Shown here: positions 37,643-45,110 of the stretch, piece after piece
Layout of the letters: every line of letters starts with the position of its first letter
How positions within the stretch are numbered: the first letter of the stretch is position 1
NCBI GenBank assembly: GCA_028819575.1
Contig: JAPPLB010000150.1
Coordinates: forward strand, 8,683 to 72,682
Reading direction: 5' to 3'
Length of the DNA: 64,000 nucleotides
Source of the DNA: Bryobacterales bacterium
Lineage (GTDB): Bacteria > Acidobacteriota > Terriglobia > Bryobacterales > UBA6623
Notes under the pieces: model-generated
What the model was told of the DNA's origin: nothing
The model's database searches: none
The model's input: only the letters and a program-made list of their open reading frames with translations
Translations under genes and position numbers: made by a program

Positions 37643-37669
37643 GCAGGCTGGAAGCCTGTGCTCCCAGGG
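37643..37669. repeat. REP-like 27-mer GCAGGCTGGAAGCCTGTGCTCCCAGGG
   Basis: 23 of 27 positions identical to 1227-1253. It abuts the truncation point of the DUF1156 stub. Confidence 0.6.
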
Positions 37670-37768
37670 ATGTCCGTTCCGGATCGACTTCTCCCGCACA
37701 TCGCGCCGCGACACTTCAGCGATGGGAAAGTCCACCTCGGTCAGCCTCTTGCGCTCCTTGGGGATCAC
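37667..37768 (-). pseudogene. N-terminal stub of a DUF1156-type putative DNA methylase
   Basis: (M)IPKERKRLTEVDFPIAEVSRRDVREKSIRNGHP matches the DUF1156 N-terminus. The expected [11 protein letters not shown] is missing. GTGA overlap with the HEPN gene's stop. Confidence 0.6.
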
Positions 37769-38157
37769 AAACGCTCCTCGGCCCAGCGAACCACGGCTTC
37801 GGCGATCTCGATTGCCTTCGCATATTGTTGCTCAGTGACAGGCTGGTCGATCCCCGGGTAGCGAGTGATCGTAGCGAATTGGGTAAGCTTCCTGGCCTGG
37901 CCGACGTCATCCGGGATCGCCTCGCCTGCATCTTTGAGCATGGAAAGCAAACGTGCCAGGTCATGCACATACGGGAAGTCAATGCCACGCTTGATCATCA
38001 GCGCCTTGATAGCCTTCTCGGCGGCCTGTTGTGCGTCGAAGCACAGATCCTCCAGGTAGACGCCGGGGATACGGTTCACCGCCATGGCCAGATTGCTGCG
38101 GGAGCGGTTCAACCATTCCCGGGGATCGTCCGCTGGAAAACGTTCAGGCGGCTTCAT
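37765..38157 (-). CDS. HEPN domain toxin-like protein (of a HEPN/MNT pair)
   Basis: ...AQQAAEKAIKALMIKRGIDFPYVHDLARLL...ITRYPG is typical of PF05168-type HEPN. It overlaps the upstream MNT gene by 14 nt. Confidence 0.85.
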   Translation of the reverse strand: MKPPERFPADDPREWLNRSRSNLAMAVNRIPGVYLEDLCFDAQQAAEKAIKALMIKRGIDFPYVHDLARLLSMLKDAGEAIPDDVGQARKLTQFATITRYPGIDQPVTEQQYAKAIEIAEAVVRWAEERL

Positions 38158-38473
38158 AGATCACCCGGCCTTCCCGCAGTGCAGGTTTGATGATCACCGC
38201 GTGGCTATCCCTGTACCGCTCCACGTCGCCAGGCGTGACCACAACCGCGTCGATCGCTACACCGATGCCGTCCAGGTTCATGTATATCTCGCCCGTCAGT
38301 TCCAGAACGTCGGCGCCCTCCTTGATGATGAGCAAGTCCACGTCGCTGTGCGGTCCCATCTTGCCCCGGGCAGCGGACCCGAAGAGAATGATCTTCTCCG
38401 GCCGGGCCACCTCTACGATGCGCCGGATGATTTCGTCCAACGTCTCTTGATCAAGTATCCTTCGGGCCCTCAT
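38144..38473 (-). CDS. minimal nucleotidyltransferase (MNT) antitoxin-like protein
   Basis: ILFGSAARGKMGPHSDVDLLI carries the GS-x9-12-DxD nucleotidyltransferase motif. 109 aa. Confidence 0.88.
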   Translation of the reverse strand: MRARRILDQETLDEIIRRIVEVARPEKIILFGSAARGKMGPHSDVDLLIIKEGADVLELTGEIYMNLDGIGVAIDAVVVTPGDVERYRDSHAVIIKPALREGRVIYEAA

Positions 38474-38529
38474 TTGTCAAATCCTCAATGAATGTCAGGA
38501 TGATCCGCTGCATTCCGCCGTCCGGACTC

Positions 38530-38683
38530 ATCGCGCTTGTCCACCTGTGAGGCCGCCGCGCCCGCCGCAGGTGCAGCTCGACGGCTGCCCGCGACGGATC
38601 GACTTCTCCAGCGCCGCGTGCCGCGACACTTCGGAGATCGGAAAGTCCACCTCGCCCAGCCGCTTGCACTCCTTGTGGATCAT
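38530..38683 (-). pseudogene. second, frameshifted N-terminal stub of a DUF1156-type methylase
   Basis: MIHKECKRLGEVDFPISEVSRHAALEKSIRRGQP is followed, after a frame change, by ...VELHLRRARRP (compare [11 protein letters not shown]). Confidence 0.6.
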
Positions 38684-38698
38684 GGTTCTTCATTTTGT

Positions 38699-38914
38699 CT
38701 ACGAACGAGGCGGAACGATGATCTTACATCTGGGGCCGCTGGATTGGCCCAGCTTTCTGCCCAACGTCACTAGCGGGCAATCGAGCGCCTCGGCCAACAC
38801 CAGTTCCGGGCCGGCCGGATAGCCCTCGGTGACCGCGGATTCCGCCCACTTCCCCTCCTTCCCCGAGTCGACCAGGGCTGCGGCCAGCACGGACGCATCG
38901 ACGACCACCGTCAC
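38699..38914 (-). pseudogene. vapC: internally deleted PIN-domain VapC toxin
   Basis: GTG overlaps the antitoxin stop (GTGA). VTVVVDASVLAAALVDS is the PIN N-terminus and ...ALDCPLVTL... is the PIN C-terminus, but only 71 codons remain. Confidence 0.65.
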
Positions 38915-39189
38915 CGCCGGTCCATATCGCGGGCGCTGAGAATGTTGGCGGGTCGGACACGGGTTTCCGCCGCCGCCTTGCGCTCCCGCACTCCTTGCAG
39001 CCAAGTGTCGAGAGAAGGACGGGAGGCGATGCGTTCCAACTCGGAGCGGAGAAATTCCTGCATCGATTGGCGTTGCAACGCCGCCCGCGCCGCAAGCTCG
39101 TCGCGCACTTCCTGGGGGACTCCTCTGATGGTGATCTGTACCGGTATGAACGCATTATGCCATATTAATATTGATTTGGGGCCAGACAC
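38911..39189 (-). CDS. vapB: ribbon-helix-helix (FitA/VapB-like) antitoxin
   Basis: ...PVQITIRGVPQEVRDELAARAALQRQSMQEFLRSELERIA is a typical RHH plasmid-stability antitoxin. The N-terminal extension and GTG start are uncertain. Confidence 0.75.
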   Translation of the reverse strand: MSGPKSILIWHNAFIPVQITIRGVPQEVRDELAARAALQRQSMQEFLRSELERIASRPSLDTWLQGVRERKAAAETRVRPANILSARDMDRR

Positions 39190-39191
39190 CT

Positions 39192-40484
39192 ATGGACGAA
39201 GATGCTTTAACTGCCGCACTGAAGAATGTGCTCATCCAAGTTGATGACGTCAGCATCGCCACTCGTGATGTCAGCATCCGCACACAGAGTGGATATCTAT
39301 TAACAGAAGGCCCTCTGTTGGCGGAAATGCGAGAGTCGAATATTGACCACGAGCTTGCAAAGATTATTTTTCCCATTTTGGAAGTGCAGCCAGAATTCAA
39401 AGACAAAGCACTGATGATCAACACGGGTGGCGGATCCATGGGATTCCACAGTCAATTTGTTGCAACCGTGTTAGTTCGCGAGGCACGGCGTCGGAAATCG
39501 GCAAAGGATGCTGTCAGGTGGCTAAAAAAAGTGCTAGAGACCGACAGTGCGGAGATGTTGGTTATTCAGACTCTGTGGGGCATATCTCCGAAAAACCGGA
39601 TTTCCGTCTGGAAAGACGTAGAGTTACTTCCGTTCGAATCTCTGCCCCCTTCTCGTCAGAAGGAGCAAATCACAAATGTTCTCGATTGGCCTTACAATTT
39701 GCGCCTTCCAACACTTTTTTTTGCACATGAACCTCCTACTGCAGCGCTAATTTCGAAGACGGAAGTCCGTCCCTTTCTGATTGACAAATCCATAGAAGAA
39801 AACTCAACGGATAGAGACATCCGTAAAGCCTACCCTCCGTTGGATGACATCAGACTCTGCCTGGGTCTGGAAGGTCCATCGATCATTATTGCTGGACCAA
39901 GTTGGTTCCAATACGTCGATGCAGACTTGGAAGCGGCCCTTATCGCCACGAGTAGCAGCTATGGCAGTCAGGAGATATTACCTTTTGGTCTTCTTATAGA
40001 TTCTTTAGAGACGACAACTAACCTGCAAGCTATTGTGCGAGGATACATGGCATTGGAACAGAGAGTAAAAAATCAGGTTCATATCGCTCTTGAGAGGCTC
40101 CATCAAGCTCTTATCCGCACGGATCCGGCCGCACGTGCACTTGAAGTATCAATCGCGTTAGAAACATTGCTGATTGATGACCCTGGTGAGCATACATTCA
40201 AGATCTCGTATCGTGCGTCTCTGCTTATTTCTGACACGGTTGAGGAACGGATGGAAGCCAGGGCAATAATTCAGGCTGCTTATAGCATGCGGAGTGCTCT
40301 TGTGCATAGCGGTCAGACTAAGTCCATGGTTAAGATCAAAGGTCAGGGAGAGAAGTCAGCGGAAGAAGTCGCTAGTAGTGCTGTCACAATCACTGCGCTC
40401 GTGATCAAGCGAATCATAATGCGAGGTAGTATCCCTGAATGGAATCGATTTGAGTTATCAGACGGTAGAATATGGAAGTCCTAG
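39192..40484 (+). CDS. low-GC orphan protein with unknown N-terminal domain and C-terminal HEPN-like domain carrying Rx4H (candidate ApeA-like defence RNase)
   Basis: Compositional break at the island edges. AAYSMRSALVHSG contains R-x4-H at 40290-40307, inside a helical C-terminal region of about 140 aa. ATG 39192 is preferred over TTG 39171. Confidence 0.6.
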   Translation: MDEDALTAALKNVLIQVDDVSIATRDVSIRTQSGYLLTEGPLLAEMRESNIDHELAKIIFPILEVQPEFKDKALMINTGGGSMGFHSQFVATVLVREARRRKSAKDAVRWLKKVLETDSAEMLVIQTLWGISPKNRISVWKDVELLPFESLPPSRQKEQITNVLDWPYNLRLPTLFFAHEPPTAALISKTEVRPFLIDKSIEENSTDRDIRKAYPPLDDIRLCLGLEGPSIIIAGPSWFQYVDADLEAALIATSSSYGSQEILPFGLLIDSLETTTNLQAIVRGYMALEQRVKNQVHIALERLHQALIRTDPAARALEVSIALETLLIDDPGEHTFKISYRASLLISDTVEERMEARAIIQAAYSMRSALVHSGQTKSMVKIKGQGEKSAEEVASSAVTITALVIKRIIMRGSIPEWNRFELSDGRIWKS

Positions 40485-40486
40485 CA

Positions 40487-40717
40487 TTAGCGGACCCTCC
40501 ATCTGACGAGTTTGGTATGTTCTGCTGAACAGTTACATGTGCAGATGGGGTAGTCCAGAAGAGGGGTTCCCCCGGCCTTTTCCAGAAGGGCAAGAAGGCA
40601 GTTGAGGTCGTGCACGAGCGGGAAGTCGATATAACCTGCGGCGAAGCTACTGATCAGGCCGAGCATCCGCATGAACAGATCCCAGAGGGACTGGATTTCG
40701 TAGGTGGCCATGGTCAA
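40487..40717 (-). pseudogene. chimeric relic: duplicated 3' fragment of the SSS transporter fused to a HEPN gene fragment
   Basis: MATYEIQSLWDLFMRMLGL and FAAGY copy residues of the 40826-43378 product. IDFPLVHDLNCLLALLEKAGG resembles IDFPYVHDLARLLSMLKDAGE of the HEPN gene. Confidence 0.7.
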
Positions 40718-40727
40718 TCTGAGGAGC

Positions 40728-40775
40728 GCAGGCTACTAGCCTGCCTGAGAAGAGTGCGGGCAAGATGCCCGCGCA
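40728..40775 (-). terminator. two adjacent GC-rich hairpins downstream of the transporter operon (REP-like or terminator)
   Basis: GCAGGCTA-C-TAGCCTGC at 40728-40744 and GCGGGC-AAGAT-GCCCGC at 40757-40775. There is no U-tract. Confidence 0.4.
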
Positions 40776-40825
40776 AGGAGAGCAGAAGCCGCCGGCGCGG
40801 GGTTGCACAACCGCCCGGTCTGCGA

Positions 40826-43378
40826 TCAGATTCGTTCCGGCGGGATTTGCGTATAGACGGTCAGGCCCTTGAGGCCTTTGGGGCGGTCTGGGAGGAGGAG
40901 GCTGGCGAGGTAGCCAGCGGCGAAGCAGGTGAGCAGGCCGATGGCCGCGTACAGGAAGAAGCTGACGGCGGTATGGGTCTGGACCCAGTAGATGACTGCG
41001 GCGCTGATGACGGCCCCGATGAGCGCCCCTCGTCCGTTGGCGCGGCGGGTGAACATGCCGACCGCGAAGAGTCCGGCCATGCCGCTGCTGAGCAGGCCGA
41101 GCATCCGCATGAACAGATCCCACAGCGACTGGATCTCGTAGGTGGCCATGGTCGCGGCGGTGACGGTAGCGATCAGGCCGAGTCCGGCGGTCAGCCACCG
41201 CGCCAGGCGCAGGCGGACGGCATCCGTGGATTCAGGTCGGAAACGGGCGTAGAAATCCGTCACGACGGCGGTCGAGACGCTGTTCAGGCCGCTGTCGAGA
41301 GTGGACATCGAAGCGGCGAACAGGGCGGCGATGACGATCCCGGTGATGCCGGAGGGCAATTGCTGTGAGATGAAGTGGGGGAAGATCGAGTCCGTGGGCA
41401 GGTTGGGGCTCAGGAGTTCGGGCGTGAGCTTGTAGAAGACGTAGAGCGCAGTGCCGAGCAGGAACCAGACGATAGTTTCCGGCAGCACGATGGCGGCGTT
41501 CATCCAGATGGAATCGGCGGCGCTTTTTTCGTCACGCGTCGTGAGATAGCGTTGGACGACAACCTGGTCGGAGGTGTAGGTGACCAGGTTGATGAAGAGG
41601 TTTCCGATGACGAGGACCCATATCGTACTGGTCGTGTAGTCCCAGCCCCAATGGATGACTTTGAATTTGTCATCGGCCATGCCGAGCGAGAAGATCGTCG
41701 ACAATCCTCCGTCGACGCCGAAAATCATGATCACCAGGCACAACAGGCCGCCGCCGAGCAGGACGATGGCTTGCAGCACGTCCGTCCAGACGACGGCCTC
41801 GATGCCGCCGAGAACGGTGTAGAGCGTGCTGAGAACGCCCATCACGACAATGCAGACGTAGACGTTCATGCCGGTGACGGCGGAGAGGGCCATCGCCGGC
41901 AGAAACAGGACGATCGCCATGCGGCCGAGTTGAAAGAGGATGAACGCGGCGCTGGCGTAGAGGCGGGTCGCGAGGTTGAAGCGCCGCTCCAGGTATTCGT
42001 AGGCGCTGGTGAGGTTGAGGCGGCGAAAGAACGGCAGATAGAAGTAGACCACCACCGGCGTGATGAGCATGAAGGCGAACGTGTTGACGAAGTAGGCCCA
42101 GTCGGTGGCGTAGACCTTGGCTGGAGCCGCCATGAAGGTGATGGCGCTGAGTTGGGTTCCGAAGAGGCTGATGCCGGCCGCCCACCAGGGGATGCGGCGG
42201 CCGGCCAGGAAGTAGTCGGCGGTGGTTTTCTCGCGGCGGGAGAAGTAGACGCCCATCCCGATGAGCATCGCGAGGTATGCGCCGAGGCAGACGTAGTCGA
42301 GCGTGGTGAAGCCGCTGGGCTGATGGCGGGTTTCGAGGGCAAGCACGTGCGGGGAGCGGTGGCCGGGGCGGTCTTCGCCGGAGGCGATGACGATGCGGCC
42401 GTTCCAGCGCGTTGCGGAGGTTGTGACGAGCGCTTCGGTCATCTCGCCGAGTTCGGTCCAGGTGTCGGTGATGGTGTGGTAGGCGAGTACGGTCTTGGGG
42501 AAGCCGGGATGGTCGTCGCCCAGTCCCTGCGCGCGGAAGAAGAGCTCGCCGTCGTCACCGCTGAAGATGAGGATGTGGCTCGGACCCTCGGTGATGGCTG
42601 AGGCGGCGACGACGGGGTGCGGAACGTCGGCGACCTGCTGCCATCCGGCTTCGGGGCGATAGCGGTATGCGTCGGTCAGGAAACGGCGGGTAGTCGAGCC
42701 GTCCTCGGCGGTGACGAGCTCGGCGCCGCTGAAAACGTAGATCGCGCCATCCTGCGCCGCGGCGGCGGGAAGGATGCGAGCGGGGCCGGGCCAGGGGTCG
42801 AGAACTTCCCAGACGGATTCGGGATCGCCGAGGTCGAGCCGCCAGAAGTTGTTCATCGCGCGGGTGGAGTCGGGGGCTTGCTGGCCGCCGGCGATATAGA
42901 TCGATGTGCCGAGCAGGGCGGCGCTGGTCATGGCGCAGGCTTCAGGCAGGTCGGGAAGTTGTCGTTGATGGAGAGTTCCATCCTGCCATTGGAGAAGCCG
43001 GACGTCGCGGTAATGGCGTTGGGCATCGCCGCCGCCGAGAAGGATGAACCCTTCTTCTGTCGAAACGCTCCCGCCGTAGGCCAGCGGATGCTCGAGCTGG
43101 AAGTTGGACAGCCAGTCATCGGAGCCCGGCTCGAGGATGTATACCTCGCGCCGCCACTGCTTGGTCCCGCCCTGAAATGGGGAGATGGGGAAGTTCGAGC
43201 CGCCGGCGACCACGAGCGCCTCATTGGATACGCCGACGAAAGGCCCGCCGAGGCCGAGGGGCGTGGGGAGGTCTGGGAGGAGAGACCACTGGAGGGGCGT
43301 CTCATGTGCTTCGTTCGCGGTTGCCGGGAGCGCCCCAGCGATCAGGAAGAGTATGAGGCCGACGGCGGTGCGTTTCAT
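40826..43378 (-). CDS. fusion protein: periplasmic six-bladed Kelch/NanM-like (sialic acid mutarotase family) domain plus sodium:solute symporter (SSS)
   Basis: Signal peptide. Six Kelch-like blades (LVVAGGSNF, FILLGGGDA, IYIAGGQQA, IYVFSGAEL, ILIFSGDDG, IVIASGED). This is followed by about 500 aa of 13-14 TM SSS core (GRRIPWWAAGISLFGTQLSAITFM). Confidence 0.85.
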   Translation of the reverse strand: MKRTAVGLILFLIAGALPATANEAHETPLQWSLLPDLPTPLGLGGPFVGVSNEALVVAGGSNFPISPFQGGTKQWRREVYILEPGSDDWLSNFQLEHPLAYGGSVSTEEGFILLGGGDAQRHYRDVRLLQWQDGTLHQRQLPDLPEACAMTSAALLGTSIYIAGGQQAPDSTRAMNNFWRLDLGDPESVWEVLDPWPGPARILPAAAAQDGAIYVFSGAELVTAEDGSTTRRFLTDAYRYRPEAGWQQVADVPHPVVAASAITEGPSHILIFSGDDGELFFRAQGLGDDHPGFPKTVLAYHTITDTWTELGEMTEALVTTSATRWNGRIVIASGEDRPGHRSPHVLALETRHQPSGFTTLDYVCLGAYLAMLIGMGVYFSRREKTTADYFLAGRRIPWWAAGISLFGTQLSAITFMAAPAKVYATDWAYFVNTFAFMLITPVVVYFYLPFFRRLNLTSAYEYLERRFNLATRLYASAAFILFQLGRMAIVLFLPAMALSAVTGMNVYVCIVVMGVLSTLYTVLGGIEAVVWTDVLQAIVLLGGGLLCLVIMIFGVDGGLSTIFSLGMADDKFKVIHWGWDYTTSTIWVLVIGNLFINLVTYTSDQVVVQRYLTTRDEKSAADSIWMNAAIVLPETIVWFLLGTALYVFYKLTPELLSPNLPTDSIFPHFISQQLPSGITGIVIAALFAASMSTLDSGLNSVSTAVVTDFYARFRPESTDAVRLRLARWLTAGLGLIATVTAATMATYEIQSLWDLFMRMLGLLSSGMAGLFAVGMFTRRANGRGALIGAVISAAVIYWVQTHTAVSFFLYAAIGLLTCFAAGYLASLLLPDRPKGLKGLTVYTQIPPERI

Positions 43379-44790
43379 TCGTCAGCGATCGCCGGGCGCT
43401 TCAGGTGCCAGTCGGTCGCCTGTTCGTAGGCGTGGCCGATTTCCAGAATGCCCGCTTCGTCCCAGAGGCGGCCGATGATCTGTAGGCCGATGGGGAGATT
43501 CTCTTCGGTGAGGCCGCAGGGGACGGAGAGCAGTGGCAGGCCCGTGAGGTTCAGCGCGCGTGCGTTCCGGGTGGTGGCGATCCGGACGTTGTGTTCGACG
43601 CCGGCGACGGTCAGGGTGTTTTGGCCGATCTTGGCGGGAGGCACCGGGATCGTAGGAGTGACGATCGCGTCGACACTGCCGAGGAGCTCGTTGAAGGCGT
43701 CGATGAGAGCGCGCCGTCGGCGCTGGGCATTCAGGTATTCGGATGCTCGGATGAAGCGGCCCTGATCGAAGAGCGCGCGTACGTCGTCACCGATCTCGCT
43801 TCGCCGTTCGCGCAGCCGTTTCTCGTGCACGGACGTGGCCTCGGCAAGCAGGATGAGTCTGCCGATCTCGTTGAACTCTTCGATGTCGGGGACCTTGATC
43901 GAGACCAGCTCGGCGCCGATGTCTTCGAGCACCGTAATCGCTTTGCGCGCGGCCGCTTCGATGTCGGGGTGCAGGCCGTCGAAGTAGAAGTTTTCGGGGA
44001 TGCCGAGCTTTCGGCCGGCAAGAGTGGGCTCCGGTCCCAGTCTTGGTTCGATCACGGGTTGATCGGCGCAGCTTTCGTCGCGCGGATCTCCGCCCGCCAT
44101 GGCGCAGTAGACATCCGCGGTGTCGCGAACGGTGCAGCCGAAGGGGCCGGCGTGATCGAGGGTGTGGCCAAGGGGGAAGACGCCGTAGCGGCTCACCCGT
44201 CCGAAGGTGGGCTTGAGGCCGACAAGGCCGCAGAAGGACGCGGGGATGCGGATCGAGCCGCCGGTGTCCGAACCGAGCGAGAAGCTGCAAAGGCCTCCGG
44301 CGAGAGCGGAGGTCGAGCCCCCGCTCGATCCGCCGGGAATGCGGTCGGTGTCCCAGGGATTGCGAATGGCTCCGTAGTGCGGATTGTTGCTCGTGATGCC
44401 GTAGGCCCATTCATGCAAACCCGCCTTGCCGAGCATCACCGCCCCCGCGGCGGTCAGTTTCTCGATGACGGCGCAGTCGAAGTCGGGGATGAAGTCGTCC
44501 ATGATCTTCGAACCGATAGTGGTCTTGATGCCCTTGGTGTAGAAGAGGTCTTTGGCGGCATAGGGAATGCCGTGGAGCTTGCCGCGGTAGTTGCCCGCCC
44601 GGATTTCCTGCTCGGCCTGCCGCGCCTGTGCGAGAGCATGCTCGGCGGTGACGGTGATGAAGGCGTTCAGGCGGGGTTGCCGCCTTTCGATGAGGTCGAT
44701 TAGGTGTTGCGTAAGTTCGACGGGGGAAAGTTCGCCTCGCTCGATTCTGGGAGCGAGATCCGTGATGGTGAGATTCATTGCTTGATTCAA
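43375..44790 (-). CDS. amidase-signature family amidase (GatA-like)
   Basis: GGSSGGS motif and the Ser-cisSer-Lys signature context (KDLFYTKG...GGSSGGSTSALA). ATGA overlap with the downstream transporter gene. Confidence 0.9.
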   Translation of the reverse strand: MNQAMNLTITDLAPRIERGELSPVELTQHLIDLIERRQPRLNAFITVTAEHALAQARQAEQEIRAGNYRGKLHGIPYAAKDLFYTKGIKTTIGSKIMDDFIPDFDCAVIEKLTAAGAVMLGKAGLHEWAYGITSNNPHYGAIRNPWDTDRIPGGSSGGSTSALAGGLCSFSLGSDTGGSIRIPASFCGLVGLKPTFGRVSRYGVFPLGHTLDHAGPFGCTVRDTADVYCAMAGGDPRDESCADQPVIEPRLGPEPTLAGRKLGIPENFYFDGLHPDIEAAARKAITVLEDIGAELVSIKVPDIEEFNEIGRLILLAEATSVHEKRLRERRSEIGDDVRALFDQGRFIRASEYLNAQRRRRALIDAFNELLGSVDAIVTPTIPVPPAKIGQNTLTVAGVEHNVRIATTRNARALNLTGLPLLSVPCGLTEENLPIGLQIIGRLWDEAGILEIGHAYEQATDWHLKRPAIADE

Positions 44791-44799
44791 GACCTGCGG

Positions 44800-44973
44800 T
44801 CAGCGGCCGGAAGGGCGGAACGAATGGACCGGATCGGTGGTGCTCAAGTCCCGGTCGAGGGCTCGCGCGGTCTTGTCTGCAACCTCTTCCACGATGGGGC
44901 GGATTGCGTCCAACTCTTCGTCGGGAATGTCGAACCGCCAGGCTTCGGCGGCCTGTTTGACGGACATGGGCAT
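44800..44973 (-). CDS. 57-aa GatC/AtzG(HpxX)-like small protein, not in the ORF track
   Basis: My translation is MPMSVKQAAEAWRFDIPDEELDAIRPIVEEVADKTARALDRDLSTTDPVHSFRPSGR. It ends 9 nt before the amidase start and is GC3-rich. Confidence 0.5.
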   Translation of the reverse strand: MPMSVKQAAEAWRFDIPDEELDAIRPIVEEVADKTARALDRDLSTTDPVHSFRPSGR

Positions 44974-45029
44974 GCTGCGCTTCCCCTTGAGCGAGCCTAC
45001 AGTTTACAGTGTTGGTGATAAGACTTCAT

Positions 45030-45070
45030 TTACCCTGCATTTCTCACCACGTGGCGAGGGATGCAGGTGA
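45030..45070. repeat. collapsed hairpin version of the MITE-like element (two TIRs back to back)
   Basis: TTACCCTGCATTTCTCACCACGTGGCGAGGGATGCAGGTGA. Confidence 0.6.
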
Positions 45071-45110
45071 TAAAGCTTATCCGGACTGAACTGCTCGACG
45101 AGGGGGACAG

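Noticed and set aside
37444-37701. 86-codon N-terminal extension of the octaheme cytochrome ORF.
   Set aside because: The extension contains the REP-like 27-mer and reads through the DUF1156 stub region in another frame. A lipoprotein signal (RRRRCFLLPAVLALAAC) begins right after the TTG at 37443.
39171-39191. TTG start at 39171 for the low-GC gene, overlapping the vapB start region.
   Set aside because: The ATG at 39192 avoids the overlap and is the first canonical start. The choice remains uncertain, since no clear SD precedes either codon.
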